DNA from: Thermodesulfovibrionia bacterium
Lineage (GTDB): Bacteria > Nitrospirota > Thermodesulfovibrionia > UBA6902
Assembly: GCA_030646035.1 (NCBI GenBank)
Contig: JAUSMY010000030.1
Span: 46,434 to 110,433, forward strand
Reading direction: 5' to 3'
DNA: 64,000 nucleotides
The notes beneath the pieces are model-generated. The model was not told where the DNA came from. It did no database searches and worked only from the letters and a program-made list of their open reading frames with translations. The position numbers were made by a program, and so were the translations under genes. Positions 38,201-48,350 of this stretch are shown piece after piece. Numbering within the stretch: the stretch's first letter is position 1; each line of letters starts with the position of its first letter.

Positions 38201-39505
38201 TCAATGGGTAGTATATTCAACAATAGTACAAGTGGATGGGGTACCTGCAATCCAGTCAGTCATTTCAACAATGCCGTTAAGGTCAGTATCCTCGGCAGAA
38301 AAGTTACCATACGTTTTGTAACATGGTGTATCAACGCAACCTAATTGGCTAAATATCTCAGCAGTCTGCCCATAGAGGATATTCATGATATCGCCTTGCG
38401 GCCATGTTGTACAGATACCGCCATTTTTCTTAAATCTGTAGTCAGCCCCGGTATTATTTACTACATCCAGAGAAGTACAGCCTGGATCTATCGACAGCAC
38501 AAATGATTTACTTGTAACTTTATCACGGCCGCCTACTGCTGGATCATTATTATCCCTGACATAGAATTTGAACTTATACGAGTCAGGATCCTTATTAGGC
38601 CGGCCTGAGATGATAAGAGAATTAGACTGTATCCAATTGCCCCCATCCTCAACTTCGTTGACACAACCATCAGTCTCATCCACAGGGTCATTAGCAGTCG
38701 AAGGAACAGAAGTGGAAAGATCATCAGCTACAAATGTCAGGCCTGAATCGCTGCTCTCCTCCCTGCACCACTTATATTTACCGCCTGATGAAAACGGAAT
38801 ACCACCATCAGCAAATATCTTATCACTGTATGGCACATTGTTATCACATCCATTGAGCGTATTATTGCTGATCTTAAGCTCTGCTCCCGCACAGCCTGCC
38901 TTTGTCCTCAGGTCAGCAAGCGTGATCCATTTAACAATATCTTTATATGCCTCCGGCCTGGAGCCGACAGGGTCAGGCCATTGAACAGAACCGGACATAT
39001 CGTCAATGTTCGCGAAATCCCGTGAATAAGTCCTGATCGTCGCAGAGGTAGCCGAAGTATCAACAGTATCATAAATATTTGTCTGGATATTCAGGTTAGC
39101 TCCTCTGCTCAGGATAAAAAATGCAACATTGTCTATATCTGTACCTTCATTGCATCCCGAATCTATATCACAAACATATAAATTGGTCGTGCTTCTTTCG
39201 CAAACAGTTTGTTCAGGAGTCAGCTCATCAGCAGGCCTGTATATTATCGCATTACCCCACACATCCTTGGAAGCTGTGGCCAAAACCTTAAACTCAGCTA
39301 CGGTCGGCAGCCTGTCATGTGTTGCGGCAAAGCCTATTACTGCTTCATAAGAAGCCTTCAATGTCTCTTTGGTATCGGTATGCTTCAGCCTCTGTACCAG
39401 AGGCCCCAGCATCTTGAGTCCTAATGCGAAGAGCAGTCCGACTATTATCATTACTATCGCAAGCTCTACCAGACTGAAACCTTTTTCTCTATCTCTTATA
39501 TGCAT
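38201..39505 (-). CDS. giant type IV pilin-like protein (434 aa)
   Basis: Class III signal MHIRDREKG/FSLVELAIVMIIVGLLFALGL. Shares conserved blocks with its paralogs ([51 protein letters not shown]). Confidence 0.85.
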   Translation of the reverse strand: MHIRDREKGFSLVELAIVMIIVGLLFALGLKMLGPLVQRLKHTDTKETLKASYEAVIGFAATHDRLPTVAEFKVLATASKDVWGNAIIYRPADELTPEQTVCERSTTNLYVCDIDSGCNEGTDIDNVAFFILSRGANLNIQTNIYDTVDTSATSATIRTYSRDFANIDDMSGSVQWPDPVGSRPEAYKDIVKWITLADLRTKAGCAGAELKISNNTLNGCDNNVPYSDKIFADGGIPFSSGGKYKWCREESSDSGLTFVADDLSTSVPSTANDPVDETDGCVNEVEDGGNWIQSNSLIISGRPNKDPDSYKFKFYVRDNNDPAVGGRDKVTSKSFVLSIDPGCTSLDVVNNTGADYRFKKNGGICTTWPQGDIMNILYGQTAEIFSQLGCVDTPCYKTYGNFSAEDTDLNGIVEMTDWIAGTPSTCTIVEYTTH

Positions 39506-39558
39506 GGCTCCTCACGGAATGATAAATTAAACAACTTATGACTTATATTAGCAGAATC

Positions 39559-39807
39559 TCACCGCTTTACGCGCCTGGAAACAATATTTCTGGTAAGCCT
39601 CGACTTGATCCGCTCTATTATGGTCAGATGTGTTGAACGGGTTTTGTATCTCAATGCAAAGAATGCTATCTTTGCGCACCCTAAGAGAATGGCGAACTTC
39701 CCTGCCATCGCCATTAAGGTAATGATCTCTTCTGAAGCGTCAGGAGGGATATGCGTTAATAAATAAAATCCGTAACCTATGAGGAAAATAGCAACAAATA
39801 GTAACAC
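39559..39807 (-). CDS. small two-TM membrane protein with basic C-terminus (GTG start)
   Basis: An 82-aa ORF fills the gap between two pilin genes on the same strand. Two hydrophobic helices. No homology recognised. Confidence 0.35.
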   Translation of the reverse strand: MLLFVAIFLIGYGFYLLTHIPPDASEEIITLMAMAGKFAILLGCAKIAFFALRYKTRSTHLTIIERIKSRLTRNIVSRRVKR

Positions 39808-39905
39808 TGTTTTATCCCGCCTTATCTATTAAACTGATTACAATGCAAGGATAGCAAAATTGATCGTTCAAGTCAAAGGAAATGTAGGGGATCTACCCTC
39901 GCCCT

Positions 39906-41867
39906 TTAATTATCGCCCAGCGTACACGAGCCGGTGATCTTTGCATTGCAATTATTGTTCACATCCGCTGCCCTGAAATCTGAATAGGTTTTGGTACAGA
40001 GAAGAGTAGTGCAGCTGCCGCTACCTGAATAAATCTTCCAGGTAGCTGTCGATCCAACAATTTTTGTGGTGTTCTTCGTCCATGTGTTACAACTGGTTTC
40101 GACATTTATCTTATATTTCTTATTTGAACTTGTACTATTTAATACAGTCACACCGCCGACCGCGCAGATATCTGTAATGCAACTCGGGTCTGCACCATCA
40201 GTCAATCCGTCGCAGTCGTTATCAAGGCCGTCTGCACATGAAGATTCAGGTGATTGCGCAGGAGAACCGGCTGAGCAGGTATCCACCACGCTTCCGCTCT
40301 GGCACTCTATCTGTCCTGTTGAAGCGCATACACCGACCCCGCAGTTCGTTGGTGTCACTACATAACCATCATCAGCAGTGCCGTCACAGTCATCATCTAC
40401 ATTGTCACAGTCGATGTCAGCAGCGCCCGGATTTATGCTTGCATCGTTGTCATTGCAGTCAACGCCTATTATATATCCGTCATGATCGATATCATTGGCT
40501 ACGGCAGGACAGACCCTGTCTACAAACAACGTATAATCAGGCGGGTCAAAGTCAGTAAATTTTATACAGCAATCAGCATTGATGTCAGCAAGAACCGCCT
40601 GGTTGAAGCTTGCGATATTCTGCAGATTATTACATGCCCCGTTTGATGTGGCGAATTGATTTATTACTTCATTCCGGCTGAGCGTCCTGGAACTGCCGTC
40701 GACGGTTATTTCATCCCCTTCTGCAACGTCATAACATAATTCTCCTGTAAGTTGGAAATCATGTTTATTGCCTGTGCTATTCCATACCCTGTACCAGCCC
40801 TCGGTTTCGTCACATACATGTAACCCGGGGGTCGGCCTTATTAACAGGCCAAAAACCTTCTGTGTAAGGTTGTTGTCACCATCCCTTGCATATATGGGAA
40901 GATTGTTAACACCCTCCACATTCGGTGTCCCTGAGATCTCGAGATTTGTACACTGCTGCCATGTCCCGGTTGAAAGGCTGCAGTCAGCAGAAACAGCAAG
41001 ATTTCCGTTGCAAAGATAACTCACTCCGATGGGCAGGAGATCTTTTGTCACACACCATTCATAATCAGGCTCGGTGTCTGAATCCCCGCCGTCTGAAATG
41101 GGTACTCCTCCCTGGGCATATAAGTTTGCAATATATGGAACATTCCAGGTTCCTGAAGGCAGCGAACTGTTTACTATCTTGAACTGATTTGCGAGACAGC
41201 CCGCCTTTATCTTCAATTCATTAAGGTCCATCCACACAACGATATCCTTATATGCCTCAGGCCTGTTCAGGAGGGCAGTATCGTCATCAATTCCAGCTAA
41301 TCCATACTCATATGTCTGGATGGTCGCACTTGCCCCATTCTCATTCTCATTCTCATTCTCATTCTCATTCTCATTCTCATTCTCATTCTCATTCTCATTC
41401 TCATTCTCATTCTCATTCTCATTAATACGTGTCTGCCTATTCATGTTCTCTCCGATGCTGAATATTAGAAATGCTACATTCGAGTTTGGGGTTATATCGG
41501 TAACACATGTTGCATCTTCCCCGCATTCATTAACAACAGTATCGGTCGTGCCTCTTCCGCAGATAGTGCTGTCATCATTGTCAAGGTTGTCATCAGGCCA
41601 ATAGACAAGGGCGTTACCCCATACATCCTTTGGATCCCTTACCAGCCCGGGGAACTCTGAAGCAGTTGGAAGGCGGTCATTTGCCGCTGCAAAACCTATG
41701 ACAGCCTGAACAGCCGCATCTATTTTGTTCTTCGTATCGAGCCGCTTCTCCTTTCCAACCTCCGGCCCTAACTTCATGATGCCATAAGCCAGGAGTATGC
41801 CTATCAATATAATTAACAGAGCCATCTGTATAAGGGCTATACCTTTTGTATTTTTTATAAAATCCAT
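39906..41867 (-). CDS. giant type IV pilin-like protein (653 aa) with (Asn-Glu)14 repeat and C-terminal Cys/Asp-rich repeats
   Basis: The start is at [30 protein letters not shown] (ATG 41867). Paralogous blocks are present ([66 protein letters not shown]). The C-terminus has CxDGxDNDCDG-type repeats ([22 protein letters not shown]). Confidence 0.8.
41337..41423. repeat. perfect hexanucleotide microsatellite (attctc)14, encoding (Asn-Glu)14 on the minus strand
   Basis: 14 uninterrupted units counted at 41337-41420, plus a partial unit. In frame within the 653-aa pilin gene. Confidence 0.95.
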
Positions 41868-41916
41868 GAAATACCTCTTGAAACCATTGTACGATATATC
41901 GCAATAGTGATAAAGG

Positions 41917-43194
41917 TCATGGGCAGACCTTCTCAACAATAACATTATTAAGAAACTCAAGGCAGCAGTCTCCGTTTGTATCAAGCGCTATCGCCTGATT
42001 ATAGGTCAAACGCACCACCATGCTTGTGGCGCAGGTGGCGTTTGAAGTCTGCCATTGCTCCAGCACTTCTCCACGCATAAGAGTCTTTATATGAGCGGTT
42101 ATCTCATCGTTCAATGGAACATTGTCACATGCTCCTGATATAGGATCTCCCGGCTCACTGCCAGCCCTTATAAGATAATCTTTATGAGTGCCCGGGGCAA
42201 CATTCCACGCCCTGTATTGAGGACAGATATTCAATCCGGATATCTGGCTTATTGTAAAAGCAAATGACCTCATGTCAGTATTGTCGGCATTATCTCTCGC
42301 GTATACGGGCAGGCTGAAAGAACCGCTGGTTGCCGGAGTTCCTGATATCTCAAGGCTGGTGCACTGCTGCCATGTCCCGGTCTCTGTCGCTGTTGCGGCA
42401 TCCCATCCGCAGGATGCTGAGAAAACAAGGGCGCCGTTACAGCTATAACTTAAGCCGTCAGGCAGGCTTGCGGTCACGCACCATCTGTAATCATCCGCAG
42501 CATCAGCGTCACCCCCGTCAGCCCACGGCACACCGCCTGTGGCAAAGATATCAGTATCATATGCCTGAGATATAAGCCCTGATGGAAGCGGGTTTTCAAG
42601 TATCCTCAACAGGCTTCCCTCACATCCTGCCCTGAGCCTTAGTTCAGGAAGCACTACCCACTTGAAGATATCATCATATGACTGGGGCCTGTTCATAACG
42701 GGAGTATAATCATCTATCCCGGGTAATCCCTCGTTATATACCTTTATAGGGCTGACGGCAGTATTAGTCTGAATATTAAGATTCGGCCCTGCGCTAAGGA
42801 TAAGAAATGCTGAATTATCCGCATTATCTATGGGAGTTGCGCATGAGGGATCTCCGCATACATCCACTTCTGTATCTGACGCGTTTGCCACACAGATACT
42901 ATCTGCAATTACAAGATTCGGGTCAGGGATATAAACAAGGTTATTCCCCCATGTATCAGTTGCTTTTACTGCGACATCAATGAACTCAGCAGCAGTCGGC
43001 AGGCGGTGATTTATATCTGCAAAACCTATGACCGCCTCAGCGGCATCTGCGATCGTCTTCTCTGTCTCTTTATGTTTCATCCTGTTTGTCAAAGGTATCA
43101 GCATCACAACACCTATCGCAATGAGCATGCCCACTACAACAAGGACAATGGCCATCTCCACTATGTTGAAGCCTCTCTTGTCTTTCAAATACAT
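41917..43194 (-). CDS. giant type IV pilin-like protein (425 aa)
   Basis: Class III signal MYLKDKRG/FNIVEMAIVLVVVGMLIAIGV. Same block structure as the paralogs, including [16 protein letters not shown] and the C-terminal YNQAIALDTNGDCC. Confidence 0.85.
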   Translation of the reverse strand: MYLKDKRGFNIVEMAIVLVVVGMLIAIGVVMLIPLTNRMKHKETEKTIADAAEAVIGFADINHRLPTAAEFIDVAVKATDTWGNNLVYIPDPNLVIADSICVANASDTEVDVCGDPSCATPIDNADNSAFLILSAGPNLNIQTNTAVSPIKVYNEGLPGIDDYTPVMNRPQSYDDIFKWVVLPELRLRAGCEGSLLRILENPLPSGLISQAYDTDIFATGGVPWADGGDADAADDYRWCVTASLPDGLSYSCNGALVFSASCGWDAATATETGTWQQCTSLEISGTPATSGSFSLPVYARDNADNTDMRSFAFTISQISGLNICPQYRAWNVAPGTHKDYLIRAGSEPGDPISGACDNVPLNDEITAHIKTLMRGEVLEQWQTSNATCATSMVVRLTYNQAIALDTNGDCCLEFLNNVIVEKVCP

Positions 43195-43268
43195 AAAACA
43201 CCTATAAAAAAAGAGATCGCATATTTATCTGAAATATCTTTAAATCTCAAAATCAGCCGCCTGACAGA

Positions 43269-44516
43269 TCAAGGACAGGTCTTGTCAGACTGGTCATGGT
43301 TGACACAGCAATCAGCGTTATTATCTGCAAAGATCGCCTGATTATAATTTATTGAAGCATCAGAACCGCCGCAGCCGCCGCCGGTATGCCGCACAATTAC
43401 TTCACCATTCTGTAGCAGCCCGCCGGTAGCAACAGTTGTTATCTCACCGCCGGTTGCGATATCATAACAGCCGCCGCCATTCACAAAATACCTTGAGGCT
43501 GATTCCTGATTCCAGACCCTGTAGTCAGTGCAGATATGCAGCCCGACCACCTGGCTTATGCTCATTCCAAATGTCCTCTGCGCAGTATTGTCAGCATTAT
43601 CCCTTACAAATACAGGAAGGCTGAACGCCCCGTCCTCTGTAGGCGCTCCTGATATCTCAAGGTGGGTACATTGTTGCCATGTACCTGTCTCTGTCGCTGT
43701 TGCAGCATCCCAGGCGCAGGATGCAGATACAGCGAGGGTGCCGTTGCATACATAGCTCAAGCCTATGGGAAGAGTGCCTGTAACGCACCATCTGTAATCA
43801 TCTGCAGTATCAGTATCACCGGGTGTTGCCACTGAATCATCCCATGCTACCCCGCCGCTGGCAAAAATATTTGTTATGTAATCTGAAAGCACGAACCCTG
43901 AAGGTATCTCAATCGTCAGGATATTAAGCAGGCTTCCCAGGCAACCCGTCTTAACCCTCAGCTCAGGTAAAACCACCCTCTCTACAATATCATCATAAGC
44001 CTCAGGCCTGTTAAGCACTGCCGCATAGTCATCTATACCGGGCAGGCCCATGTTATAAACTTTAACTGGGCTTACTCCTGTATTGGTCTGGACATTCTGA
44101 TTTGCCCCGCCGCTCAAGACAAGAAACGCGACATCCCCTGTAGTGTCAACAGGTGTGGCGCATCCCGAACTTGCGCATGTCTTCAGGGATATGCCTGTCG
44201 TATTTCTCGCGCAGACACTATCGGCAACTTCCAGATTTATATCATGAAGATATATAAGGTCTTTACCCCATACATCCTTGGAATTTCTCACGACTCCTGG
44301 GAATTCTAAATCAGAAGGCAGGCGGTTATTCGTCTCGGCAAAACCTATGACAGCCGCTACAGCCGCATCTACCGCCTCTCTTGTCGCAGCCCGCTTTGTC
44401 CTTTCAACCAGCGGAATCAGCATCTTCATTCCCATAGCGATGAGGATGCCGACAATAACGATGGCTATTGATAATTCAACCAGGCTGAAACCTTTATTCC
44501 TCTTCATATAACTCAT
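43269..44516 (-). CDS. giant type IV pilin-like protein (415 aa)
   Basis: Class III signal MSYMKRNKG/FSLVELSIAIVIVGILIAMGM. Closest paralog of 41917-43194 ([30 protein letters not shown]). Confidence 0.85.
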   Translation of the reverse strand: MSYMKRNKGFSLVELSIAIVIVGILIAMGMKMLIPLVERTKRAATREAVDAAVAAVIGFAETNNRLPSDLEFPGVVRNSKDVWGKDLIYLHDINLEVADSVCARNTTGISLKTCASSGCATPVDTTGDVAFLVLSGGANQNVQTNTGVSPVKVYNMGLPGIDDYAAVLNRPEAYDDIVERVVLPELRVKTGCLGSLLNILTIEIPSGFVLSDYITNIFASGGVAWDDSVATPGDTDTADDYRWCVTGTLPIGLSYVCNGTLAVSASCAWDAATATETGTWQQCTHLEISGAPTEDGAFSLPVFVRDNADNTAQRTFGMSISQVVGLHICTDYRVWNQESASRYFVNGGGCYDIATGGEITTVATGGLLQNGEVIVRHTGGGCGGSDASINYNQAIFADNNADCCVNHDQSDKTCP

Positions 44517-44698
44517 TAATATTTAATCCTCTTAAATAAAGGATACAACATAAAATCCGGTGTTGCAAATACATTAGCGGGCAGAAATAATATCGCTGAT
44601 TTTATATCGTTTTCCAGTGTGATTACAGGGAAATATGATGAGAAATCAGGCAATCAGAGGACGTTATGGGGGATATGGCTCTAAGCCCAAATTTCCGA

Positions 44699-46495
44699 CT
44701 AAATATTCCCAACAGTAGGTGCTTTTAGGCACGGGGATGATATTATGCTCTCTTTCAATGCGAGAAGATATCTTTCATTCGGATAAAGATACAGTCCTTC
44801 CCCTGTTACACTCAGCGCCTTATCAAAATAAAAGAGCGGCATCTCTTTGTCACGGCATCCAATAAGATAGAAGAGCAGGCCCTCTGTATAAAATGACTTC
44901 ATCACAGGCCTCCTCAACTTCTCAGCCTCATTCCATATGAGGAACTTATCTATAACGTCTTTGTTCATCTCAGTATCAGATGCAGCTGCTATCGCCTTCT
45001 TATACATGTAATCAGGCAGAGCAATGTTCCTAAGATATATATTCTTCATCGCAGGCTTTATGTGCTCCTCAGATATGACGCCCTTTTCTTCATTGAACTT
45101 GATATTGAAGGCAACAAGGTTCACGTAGTCCTCAAATGTCCTGAATGTATATGCTGTTGTTCCGAGATAGAGTCCTCCCGCAAATAACATGACAGCCGCG
45201 GCTGCGCCCTTGCCTAACTTCAACTCCCTCTCCTTTACCTCATTGGATGTGACCATGTATAAAAGGATCAAAAACAGGAGGTAATGCGCAGTTGATAACT
45301 TAAGCGGATACTCAACCATCATATGCACAATTAACGGAATTAACAGGGCGGCATATATCCCTGCCCGGCTCAAGCCTGTCTTGCTGAGTATTCTCCAGAT
45401 GCCGAAGAGCGCAATAGCAATGGCAAGTATCCCAAATAGCCCGCACTCAGCTAATATATAAAAAAACTCGTTGTGCGGATGAGATATATCATCATGAATA
45501 AGCGCCTTGTACTCAGGATTATCCTTTGCAACTTCTGCCTGATGATACATATAGAGGCTGCTGAAATTTGAAAACCCCTGCCCGAACAACGGCCTCTGCT
45601 TAAACATCTCATATGAAGTCCTGTACATCAGAAGCCGCTCTGCATATGACCTTTGACTCGTATCTGAAATCCACCTTGCGCCTTCCTCAGCCTCACTCTT
45701 TAGACTATTGGACGGCCCGATCAAAAGATAGAACCCTCCTCCGATCCCAAGTGCAAAAGCCAGAAACCATATTGCAAGATGTTTTCTTATGGAAGAGTAT
45801 CTTCTCCAATTGGTTGTTAGCAGAGTAATAATAGCTATAGATGCGCCGAGAAGCCCTGCCCGCGAGCTTGCGAGAATAAGGCCCGCAGACATGAATCCTG
45901 CGGCAGAGAAGAAGAGCGCCTTCTTTGAATTCTTATATCCGCTGAACCTTTCAGTTGTTATGAAATACAGGCTTATCGCGATCCCTGTTGCTGTCCATGA
46001 GGCAAAGAGGTTCTTCTGCCCGAACGCACCTCCGACAGGCGGGATGTATGCTGTAAGCGCGTAAGGCTGAATAATTACCAGCGCTGATTCGATAAGCGCG
46101 GAGACAAGTATTATCAATAATATCCCTTGCTTCTCTTTCTCCCCAAGCCTGAACTGATGCAGGCTGAGCCATATGATAAAAGCTGCTATAAGGCGCAGTA
46201 CATTTATCACAAAGATGTCGGTATTCTTTATCGGATTAAATACAGCGGTTGATAAGATCAGTACAAGATAGATGAGAAAATACTTGAGATATGACGGTGT
46301 GATGAACGCCTTATCCTTTATGGCCCTGAAGACCGCAAAAAGAATGATCGTCAGTATCACAACCCAGATAAGATACTCCTGCGGGGTTGCCGTTATACCG
46401 CCTATCCCCGGGATTGGGATATGCATTAAAAATATGTAGATGATTGATAATAAAAAAACCAGGTAACGGTTTGAGTGAGGGGTTGTCTGTAACAT
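44699..46495 (-). CDS. O-antigen ligase / PglL-type (Wzy_C) membrane protein with soluble C-terminal domain, paralog 1
   Basis: Polytopic. A large periplasmic loop carries SHPHNEFFYILAECGLFG (Wzy_C signature). About 170-aa C-terminal helical domain. Confidence 0.75.
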   Translation of the reverse strand: MLQTTPHSNRYLVFLLSIIYIFLMHIPIPGIGGITATPQEYLIWVVILTIILFAVFRAIKDKAFITPSYLKYFLIYLVLILSTAVFNPIKNTDIFVINVLRLIAAFIIWLSLHQFRLGEKEKQGILLIILVSALIESALVIIQPYALTAYIPPVGGAFGQKNLFASWTATGIAISLYFITTERFSGYKNSKKALFFSAAGFMSAGLILASSRAGLLGASIAIITLLTTNWRRYSSIRKHLAIWFLAFALGIGGGFYLLIGPSNSLKSEAEEGARWISDTSQRSYAERLLMYRTSYEMFKQRPLFGQGFSNFSSLYMYHQAEVAKDNPEYKALIHDDISHPHNEFFYILAECGLFGILAIAIALFGIWRILSKTGLSRAGIYAALLIPLIVHMMVEYPLKLSTAHYLLFLILLYMVTSNEVKERELKLGKGAAAAVMLFAGGLYLGTTAYTFRTFEDYVNLVAFNIKFNEEKGVISEEHIKPAMKNIYLRNIALPDYMYKKAIAAASDTEMNKDVIDKFLIWNEAEKLRRPVMKSFYTEGLLFYLIGCRDKEMPLFYFDKALSVTGEGLYLYPNERYLLALKESIISSPCLKAPTVGNI

Positions 46496-46558
46496 TAAAT
46501 ATCCCTGAATTCCGTCATCAGGCAGCGGCAGTAATTGGTGAATAAGAATTAACTGATG

Positions 46559-48349
46559 TCATTTCATCTTACCCTTATCCATCATTCTCTGTATCATCAC
46601 TTTAGCATCTTCAAGAAGAAACTCTTTTTTTGTAGCTTTCAGATCAGCTCTGCCCGGATAAAGACTCAGTCCTTCCTCAAGAAGCCTGTATGCCTCATCT
46701 TTTCTGCGGAGGTCAAAGAGCGCCCTTGCCTCCCTTACATACAGCACAGAATGCGGGTATACCTTCCGCTCTTCTCTGGAGAACTCTACAAACTCCTCAA
46801 GCAGCGCTCTGTCGCCCCTCATAAGCCCGGCCCTCAGCTTTGCATCCATCAGAAGCCTGACGCCTATCTGCCTGAGATAGATATTATTGAGAGACGGCAT
46901 TAATAACTCGGTCCTTATGATATTTTCCTTTAAAAGATGATCCTGATATTTTTTCATAGCTATCTGAGCATTCAGGGTTGTTATTGAGAGGTAGGTTATG
47001 ACAACAAAGAATGTAGCAGAAGCAGCCAGCGCGCCTGTCTTTAACAAGCTCACGGGTTTCATCCTGACCTCTTTTATGAAATATGAAGACGGCAGATATA
47101 GCAGGAAAAGGAAAAGAGCCCAATGCGGCATGGACTGGTAAAGTGAATAACTTACCTGAGTATCAAATGCTATCGGAAATAAAAATGCCGCATATACTCC
47201 GCCCCGCTCTCTTCCAAGCTTTACAAGGCATACGATAAATCCAATTCCAACAATCAGCAGCCCGGCCCCGCCCATGAGGCCTGACTCAGCAGTCCTGTAT
47301 AAAAATTCGTTATGCGGATGTGACATAAAGACCGCTTCATATGGATATTCCGGATGTTCTTTGGCAAGCCTGCTTCGGTAATGCATGAACTTACTGCCGA
47401 AGCTGCCTGGCCCGTGTCCTTCTAAAGGCTTATCCTTTATCATGCTGATAGCCGTAAGGTACATCGGCACCCTTGAGTCCGTGACCTCATCGCTTGCCAC
47501 GCTCTCCATCGTCATCCCGATCTTCTGCCCCACAGAGCTGAGCGCAGAATCCCTTTTGTAGTAATACTTCTCAACCGCCACACTGCCGGATATCCCCACG
47601 CATATCATCAAAAGCCATATGGCAGGGTAAAGAGCCTTCTCTCTGTAACGCCCATACCTCGCCCATAAAAGGATAAGCGCTCCGGCTCCTGTCTCTATCA
47701 CCCCTGCCCTTGAGCCTGTGAGGAAAATAACAAAGCACATGAGCAGCACAGTAAGATAAAAAATAGCCTTGAGCCATTTGCTAAACCCCTTGAATATTCC
47801 CCCGGTTAAAAGATAAAGCGATATAACAACAGATGTCGCAAGATAAGAGGCGAGAAGGTTCTGGTGCTGGAAATTGCCGAATACCTTTTTTGACGCAGGG
47901 ATGACGATCAAAAAGATTCCTGTGTCAGGGTTAAAATACTGAAACAAACTTATCAGCGCCTCTATCATGCCGGAGATGAATATCACATATAAGAACCTCT
48001 CCCTCTCCTCATCCGTAAGCTCAAACTGATGCAGGGACATAAAAAATATTATCCCGCCAATGAGCCCAACTGTCTCAAATATAAATACATGGCTGGATAT
48101 TATATGGTTGAACAAAGCGGCAGGAAGCAGTAATAAGAGGAAGATAAGTATATATAAGGAAGTGTGCGGAAGCGATATCTTCCATTCATTGAATATTTGT
48201 ATCACTGAAAGAAGCACAATCCCTGACAGCGTTATCCAGACAAAATATGCCACAGGCAGGACAAGCGAGCCGCCGAAGTTCTTGATGGCTATATGTGAAA
48301 CCACAAGAAATAAAAGCCCGAGTATCCATAAATAAATATTCTTTATCAT
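46559..48349 (-). CDS. O-antigen ligase / PglL-type (Wzy_C) membrane protein with TPR-like C-terminal domain, paralog 2
   Basis: SHPHNEFLYRTAESGLMG. Collinear with paralog 3. C-terminal LLEEGLSLYPGRADLKATKKEF. Confidence 0.75.
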   Translation of the reverse strand: MIKNIYLWILGLLFLVVSHIAIKNFGGSLVLPVAYFVWITLSGIVLLSVIQIFNEWKISLPHTSLYILIFLLLLLPAALFNHIISSHVFIFETVGLIGGIIFFMSLHQFELTDEERERFLYVIFISGMIEALISLFQYFNPDTGIFLIVIPASKKVFGNFQHQNLLASYLATSVVISLYLLTGGIFKGFSKWLKAIFYLTVLLMCFVIFLTGSRAGVIETGAGALILLWARYGRYREKALYPAIWLLMICVGISGSVAVEKYYYKRDSALSSVGQKIGMTMESVASDEVTDSRVPMYLTAISMIKDKPLEGHGPGSFGSKFMHYRSRLAKEHPEYPYEAVFMSHPHNEFLYRTAESGLMGGAGLLIVGIGFIVCLVKLGRERGGVYAAFLFPIAFDTQVSYSLYQSMPHWALFLFLLYLPSSYFIKEVRMKPVSLLKTGALAASATFFVVITYLSITTLNAQIAMKKYQDHLLKENIIRTELLMPSLNNIYLRQIGVRLLMDAKLRAGLMRGDRALLEEFVEFSREERKVYPHSVLYVREARALFDLRRKDEAYRLLEEGLSLYPGRADLKATKKEFLLEDAKVMIQRMMDKGKMK

Positions 48350-48350
48350 A

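Noticed and set aside
41320-41604. ORF encoding an (FS)n repeat peptide on the plus strand.
   Set aside because: It is the antisense shadow of the (NE)14 microsatellite inside the minus-strand giant pilin gene.
41868-41984. 39-codon N-terminal extension of the 653-aa pilin, and similar extensions of 52527-53246, 61299-62204 and 1700-2182.
   Set aside because: Internal ATGs give canonical prepilin leaders or ATGA-coupled starts with Shine-Dalgarno sequences. The extensions overlap upstream genes or promoters.
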